A stretch of 57,712 bases of DNA, filler included, from Asterionella formosa (taxonomy: Eukaryota), in assembly GCA_002256025.1 (NCBI GenBank). It is 5 parts of 5 records of this genome, joined end to end, with 100 filler letters (N's around TTAATTAATTAA, not from the genome) between each part and the next. Parts side by side here need not be neighbours in the genome. Positions count along the whole stretch, not along the records: positions 46,267 to 57,712 come from NKIB01008497.1; 4 more parts are not named here. One strand, given 5' to 3'. The translations under genes were made by a program, and so were the position numbers. The notes under the pieces are model-generated. The model saw nothing but the letters and a program-made list of their open reading frames with translations. It was not told where the DNA came from and made no database searches. Below are positions 51,249 to 57,712 of the stretch, piece after piece (the stretch's first letter is position 1; every line of letters starts with the position of its first letter).

Positions 51249-54200
51249 TGCGATGATGTTGATGATTCTCTTTTCGGTGCTACCAGATACTTGGAAACCA
51301 TAACAATCACGTGAAGGAAAATGTGAAGAATGCAAACAATCAAAGTAATTATCCTGGGAAAAATGATGGATGTAGACATTGAAGAGTATCAGCCAGTACC
51401 GCGTCCTTAGCTAGAATATAACACATGGTAACAAAAATTTATATAGCAATAAACTCCATAGTGCAAATTTGATGCACCAAAGCTCCCGGTAGGAGTATTT
51501 ACAAGATATATCGCATTTATATCCAGAACCAGTTGCAAAGGTAATAATGGGTGGCTATGAAAGGCTCGGAACGAAATCCAAAATTCTAATGTACCGGTAC
51601 TGTACCTGTAGACCGTTTTCTCTGTGTAGATCTAAAAATATAATACGTAAAGTGTATATTTGTTCGTATTTCATAAGATACACACTGGCACATTCGTGGT
51701 ACCAGGTACCTGGTACCGGAAGTCATTTATACTAACTAAAACATCTTTTTGGGGGCTAGGTGAAGGTGAGGGCTACAATGACTATTATTCATCGATGATC
51801 AGTCTCCCTTTTGAGGTTGCAAAGCGAGCAATCGACGATGGATTGAAATGTTTTGGTACAAATCCTTCATTTACTGCTCATTGGTTGTTAGCGAAGGGTT
51901 GAATGAAAAAGGGGCTCCAGATCAAACATTCCCAAGAGGGCATGATTCTACGAAAAAAGATCCCAAAAAGTAATCTAGGTCAGGTTCACCTATATCTAGA
52001 ATACCTAGAACATCTATTGCAATCTACACATTCGATGTAGAATAATACTTTAATAGGAAGGGCTGTTAGCTGGAGAATTATCAGAGCATTTTTTTGCTCC
52101 ATGAAAGCAAGCTCAGATGAAAAAGTTTGAATGCAACTACCAGATACTATTCCAGAACCACCAAGAGGGAATGGCTTAGTGATTAAATATGTTGCTTTTG
52201 ATCTGAAATTGCATGGTTTGATATCTGCAATTTTTTTAGATGCAATTGATGGTTTCGACTACCACACTCCTTACTGTCCGGCTCAGTGTTGCCTGGTGTC
52301 AAAGAAATAGTGTGTTGCCTCCCTACAAGCAGCTTGTCTCGCCTTTCTAGACAGTCAGAGCTTCCCCTACTAGCACTGCTGCGGCTAAGATGATCACCTT
52401 GTGCGAAAGAATATGGTTGGGGATACACCTAGCTACCACTCTAACAACAACCTCCATGATAAAATGATATGATGCCATCACTTTCGGTCACATTTTGTTG
52501 TTTCGTCACCGTTATTCCGTGATTCCTATTTTATGCGCACATGATTTATATGGGAGTACATGCAAAATAGTAATACTCCTGACAGTTGTAAAAATGACCC
52601 CGGAATGATTTACCCCTACTATTGGTAACATTCATGGGAATTCATATGATGCATTGTTTTCAATCCTCACACTTGTACACTTGGGACAAAAGTATAGAGC
52701 AGTGACGGTAGCTAATTTGTACTAAAATAGTGCAAATTTCCTAAAAAAAGAGTAGACAAAAGCTATATCTGAGTATGGGAGAAAACGAGCAAGCTTTAGA
52801 AAAGTACTCGCCACTATCAAAGGCAGACTAAAATTCTAGTCGGCCTTAGAGGCTCGAAAACTTGGAGTTGTAGGGAGGGTGAGATGGAAAACAAAGAAAC
52901 TAGTTTGATGAACGACAAAGAAACGCCAGCAGGACCGCAATGGGATCATTGCAACCTGATAAACATAATTCGCAAGCAGTGCAAGACAAGAAAGTGGGCA
53001 CTGGATGTGCATAATTTCCAATGAAGGAAAAACAGCTACCCAAGAATTTCTAGATCCACTATTACGGACAACTGACAGACCATTCAGCTGACCACAGAAT
53101 TTGCAGCACATCACCATTCAGGTGGTCTGACCGCACATGTGAAAGATATATTATTGGTTGAGCTTAGATAAAAATCAGTCATATTGTAGGATACAATCTG
53201 CAAATTATCCTGTTTTTCGGTACTTTCAAGGACTGTATTGTATCAGTTTGTAATGTTCTCTGGGTAGGTAGTAGTTGTACTATCAGGTATCCTGATCGCT
53301 TTCCCGTTAAAGTTGCTGCATTTGAAACCATAGAGAAAAATTAAAATATTGCTTAGCGTTGCCAAAATTCCCTGTAATTAAGGTTCCTGCATTTCAACCC
53401 TAGATTAGTGGTAAGGTTAAAAAAATAATATTGAATCAGACTAATCAAACACATACTTTTCATCTCGAAACTAAATATACACATCGCTACTCGGAGCATT
53501 CACCATTGGACACCCTTTCCATATGCTTAGATACTGTCATTGATCGATGTAGGGGTATAGGTCAACTCTATATAACGACAGTATGTCATATGATCTGGCG
53601 AAAAACTGCAGAAAAGAACTTCGGTTTTTAAACTACGCTGAAAATGGTTGATTTTACTATTCCAAAATTCTAGTCGCGCGTTCTTCTTCGAATTTCGCGT
53701 ACTTCTTGAAAAGTACGCGTGACCACCATTTCGTCAAATCGAGTTTGAGCTCTGATCAGGCATTAAACATCCACGGGCAATTCCTGCTCCAGCTATTGTC
53801 TTGCCATTTGGGTACTTCTAAGTAATTTTTAGGCTCTAAATAATTTTTATTTAAGGGCAATATGGGGCACATAGAATCTTTGGGCAATAAAATTGCCGAA
53901 TTTTAGCATGACAACCAGAATAGTAACGGTAATATGCATAGAGATGGTACAACAAGCGTAAAACACACAAGAAGAATGATTGTAACATGCAACATCAATG
54001 AAAATTGAACATGATGTTTGGAGCAACCAAAGTATGAAATGCGATGTAATAAGTAGCATCGAATGAGAAATAGATAAAATTGTTTTGGGTTAGAAATGAA
54101 ATAAAAATAAGAGTTCCAATGGAGTCATATGCATGCATTGTGAATCGTTGTTGTATTACTTACACAGGCAACATTGACTTTCCATCACCATACAATTGAA

Positions 54201-54891
54201 GACCGGAAGAAGAAGAAAGAAGCTCAGCCCAATGTAGACCTGCATCGTTATTTAGCATCAATGGTCTAGTTGCTGCAACCATGCGCATTGCTATATTAGC
54301 CTGACACCGGTAGCAGTATTTCCGCCACAGTCATTCCTCTCTGCCCACCAAACAGGCAATCCTGATCATTCCATTCTGAGCAAGCATGATCGCCACGCTG
54401 TTCCAGCACTATTGACTCTCTCTAGCTGAGTATTCATGTAGCTTCTGATACAAACTCGCAGTAGAAATGTAGCAAAGCGCGTAAGTACAAGAAAAGCATT
54501 GCTTGGCGGCAATATTGACATCATTGTCAATGACTATACAAATCAAAAACAGCAGAATTCCACATCTTCAATGAGTAGTAATTGATAAATGCATTGGTTC
54601 TTATGTAGATATTTACAATCGAAACAAAACGACATTGCGTAACGACAAACAACGATGGAAGCGATCAAAGCAAACCACTGAAGCAATCAAATCGGAAAGT
54701 CGATAAATACGATCTACAATCCACATTCAGTATTTCACTGTTGTACTCACCGATCCGCTTCAACTAGCATAACAAGCAGCAGACGATGGTATAAAAGAAA
54801 GACGAACGTTGCCTATTGCAAGCCCGAATAGATCAAAGGCAGGCAAGATAGAGTGAGAACTATATTTGTGAGGACGAAATCGGGCATATGG

Positions 54892-55166
54892 TGTTGAAAT
54901 TGCGTCCTGAAGCACTCTATGCTTTCTTGTATCCTGTAAGGACAGGTCAGAGACCAAACAGACTGTAGATATGAACAACGATGTTGCAGTAATCGATTGT
55001 AATCGATCCTAAGAGTTTTAGTAGAATTATGGGTTTTACTGTTGGTGTAGATTGTTTTCGAATTCTGAGTTTTCTCTGGTACCATATTCTTTTTTGATTC
55101 GTTCGATTCAATATGTAGTAGGTAATTTATACCGGGATTTTCTTTCCTAAAATAATTTCTCCAACA
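54892..55166 (-). repeat. 3' LTR (275 bp) of Copia element, same family as 7935-8200
   Basis: TGTTG...CAACA termini, preceded on the minus strand by CAGGAGTG; aligns end to end with 7935-8200 with many substitutions. Confidence 0.9.
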
Positions 55167-57712
55167 CACTCCTGCTGGACACGGATGCTCACTTTGAATT
55201 CATAATTTGCTGACGAAAATGAATAAATTTCGTTCCAACCAGTGGTTTCGTCATGTAGTCTGCTAACATTGCATCCGTTGGACAGTACTTAATTTGTACT
55301 TCCTTTCTTTCAATAAGATCATTAATTTAAAAATTCTTGATGTTGAAATGTTGCGTGCATTCTCCTGAACTTGCTTTTCCATTTGCTTCTAGCTTCATTG
55401 CGCTAGTGTTATCACGGTAAATGACATTCGTGGTCACCTTATGTCCTTGTGCTTCAATAAATAATTTCGTCCACAACACCTTTGATATAATGTCATCGAC
55501 ACCAACCAATTCTGCTTCAGTCGAACTTCTAGTGTTCACTTTCTATTTCGTGGACATAAAACAAATAATTCTGTCGCCAAGTGACAGTGTAGCTCCTGTG
55601 TGACTTTTAAAATCTTTGTGTACTGCAAACGCCGCATCAATGTACCATTTAATGCTCTGAGTGTCATCAGCACTCATAGATGAAGCCTCATTCTGACTTG
55701 CTTTCAAGAAATTCATGATCTTGACTAATTTTTCCCAATCACCTTCATTCGGTTTGTTAGTTTGGGTTGCCAGAAATGCAATGCCTAGTTGAATGTCCTC
55801 TCTTCCTCGCTTACATAGGAACATTCCTTTCATAACAAAAGTATGAAATATTTTCGCTTTTTCATATTCAAGCTTCTTTGATGTAGCTATCAACTGTGAA
55901 CAATTTATCTGTCCATGGGAATTTTTCTACTCCTTCAAGTTTGTCTGGGAAATCATCAATCTTTGATTTCACATATTTGGTCATGTCCACCCTCAACACT
56001 CCTGAAAGAGAGTAATCTAGTGTCATCGCCAAATAATCTGGCTTCTTTCCACGCATAACCTTGACTTCACCATTTTCGTCAGAAGCGTATTTCTTTTTGA
56101 GCCATTCCAAAAATTGATCATTCACTTTGCTGTCCACGAGACTAGATTTCAAATCGTCTACGTGCCAAGTAACTGTGTGCTGTTTGCCATTAACAATGCG
56201 ATTTGCAACGCATGGATCATATGGGTTGACCTTGAATCCAATTGACTCAATATCTTTCCAAACCATGTAATATAATAATGATGACTGTAACATGCCATAT
56301 AATGCCTTGATCATCCTAACATATAGGACCTTGTTGTATCCTTCATAAACAACATATTTTTCATAAGTCTCGGGGCTGAGTTCTGTCAACATATTGACAA
56401 GTAAACCTCTAATCTTCATAATGATTCGCTCCCCTTTTTCTTTCTCATCTTTATCCACCTGCACAAATGCATTGGGTATATCTGCAGTCATAACATCGCG
56501 ATTTTGCTTCGCATCAATTGTTGCTGTTATCATAACAGATTCCATCATGGCAGTTGGACTAGCTGCTTCATCTCTTTCCATTTTTCACGTTGCAAACTGC
56601 CATTGGCACATGCTCTGCCTTTAATGCTCTTGTCTCTCTTTTCAACCAAAAAAATTAGACTTTCCATTGCACGTCGCTTTTTGATATCGGTTAGGTCTTC
56701 AACCCTAATCGGTTCAAATACAACTCTATCATGTAGTTGTTTCATTTCTTTATAAGCAGCGTCTCTTCCTTTCTGGCCAAATTTCTTGAGGCCTTTCCTT
56801 AAGCTGTATGACTGAACAAAGTGAAATGCTTCTTTATCGATACACATCTCATTCATATAACACATTGTCATTGCGATCACTTTCGCATTATCAGTCGTGT
56901 ATTCTTCTTGACAGTGTGCTTGGGTATGCAAATGATGTTGGACCATAGTTAGTTTTGATGGTGGTCTTGAGACTCTTCCAGACCTTGTCGTTCTAAAATT
57001 TGGGTCTGTGTCATCATCCTCAGTGCTTGGATTGACTTCTAACATCGCCTCTTCATTTTCAGTTTCATTTGCCGGTTCTTCATCCTCATCTTGGATTTCA
57101 TCTGCATTCATTTCAATATTATTCTCATTGTTGCCCTCAGGTTCAGGGTCATCCTCTTGGATATTGTTGTTTAATTTGAGCTGTTCTGCTTCATATATTT
57201 CATCTGGAGTCATTTCATCATAGTCTTCTTCTCCGAGAATTTCATCATTGCTTTCATTGTCCTCACTAGCATGTTCTTGTGGGTTTGCGTAGTTCATAGT
57301 GACTTGAAATTCATTGTAAATTTGTTCCACCATCAAAGGTCGAAACTCGTTGTCACAGTGGATTGTTGTAGTTTTAAATCCTCCGGTATTATAAACACGG
57401 AATACCTGAATCAAAGTATCTCAATAGACTTCAGCTGTTTGATTCTTGACCCATTGCGCTGTCCTATACATAATGTTCCGAGAAATTGTTGTGCGAATTG
57501 ATTGTCCATTCAGTTTCAATCCATCCATGCAAAGAATCACTTCGTGTTGAGCTCGGATAAGCTCCTTAGGAATCTCGATGTAGTCGGTCATGACTGGCAG
57601 CGGCTTGCGATGAGTTGTCTTGCCTTTTAGTGTTCCGATGTCAGGTCCAAACATTTTCTCTGCAATTTTGATATCATCGGTAGTCACTGGGTTATTATTG
57701 ATTGTATTCATA
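54892..57712 (-). mobile_element. Ty1/Copia element (integrase, RT, RNase H, 3' LTR), disrupted and cut by the window edge
   Basis: ADIPNAF, KALYGMLQS, WHVDD, DAAFAVH, SSTEAE, YRDN motifs; several frameshifts and stops; integrase homologous to 10110-11478. Confidence 0.93.

Overview
Eukaryotic, AT-rich scaffold that looks like a diatom or similar stramenopile: short GT-AG introns, diatom-type Copia, Gypsy and non-LTR relics, an AA15-type LPMO. Four 100-nt N gaps carry an artificial TTAATTAATTAA spacer, so adjacency across them is unproven. Transposon-rich blocks (about 1-13.3 kb, 34-45 kb, 54.9-57.7 kb) hold Ty1/Copia elements with recognisable LTRs, a PIF/Harbinger relic, an inverted two-piece non-LTR relic, a GNAT pseudogene and two copies of a two-gene Plavaka-like DNA transposon; a Gypsy remnant lies at 22.5-23.0 kb. 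Gene-dense islands (17.4-32.2 kb, 46.5-51.2 kb) encode a chitin-binding LPMO, a START-domain membrane protein, an M6 metalloprotease, a degenerate FKBP, an ABM/LsrG-like protein, proteasome beta-6, an SLC35B1-like transporter, a BRUTUS/HRZ-like hemerythrin RING ligase and a probable RIX1/PELP1. The most unusual signal is a highly iterated family of short TA-CC(N0-2)GG-TA palindromes concentrated upstream of genes. Their cores match the termini of a TA-flanked 80-96 bp MITE family present in three copies, and they are present or absent at homologous TA sites in duplicated sequences, which suggests serial transposon excision footprints. All calls are by-eye motif recognition; no searches were run.
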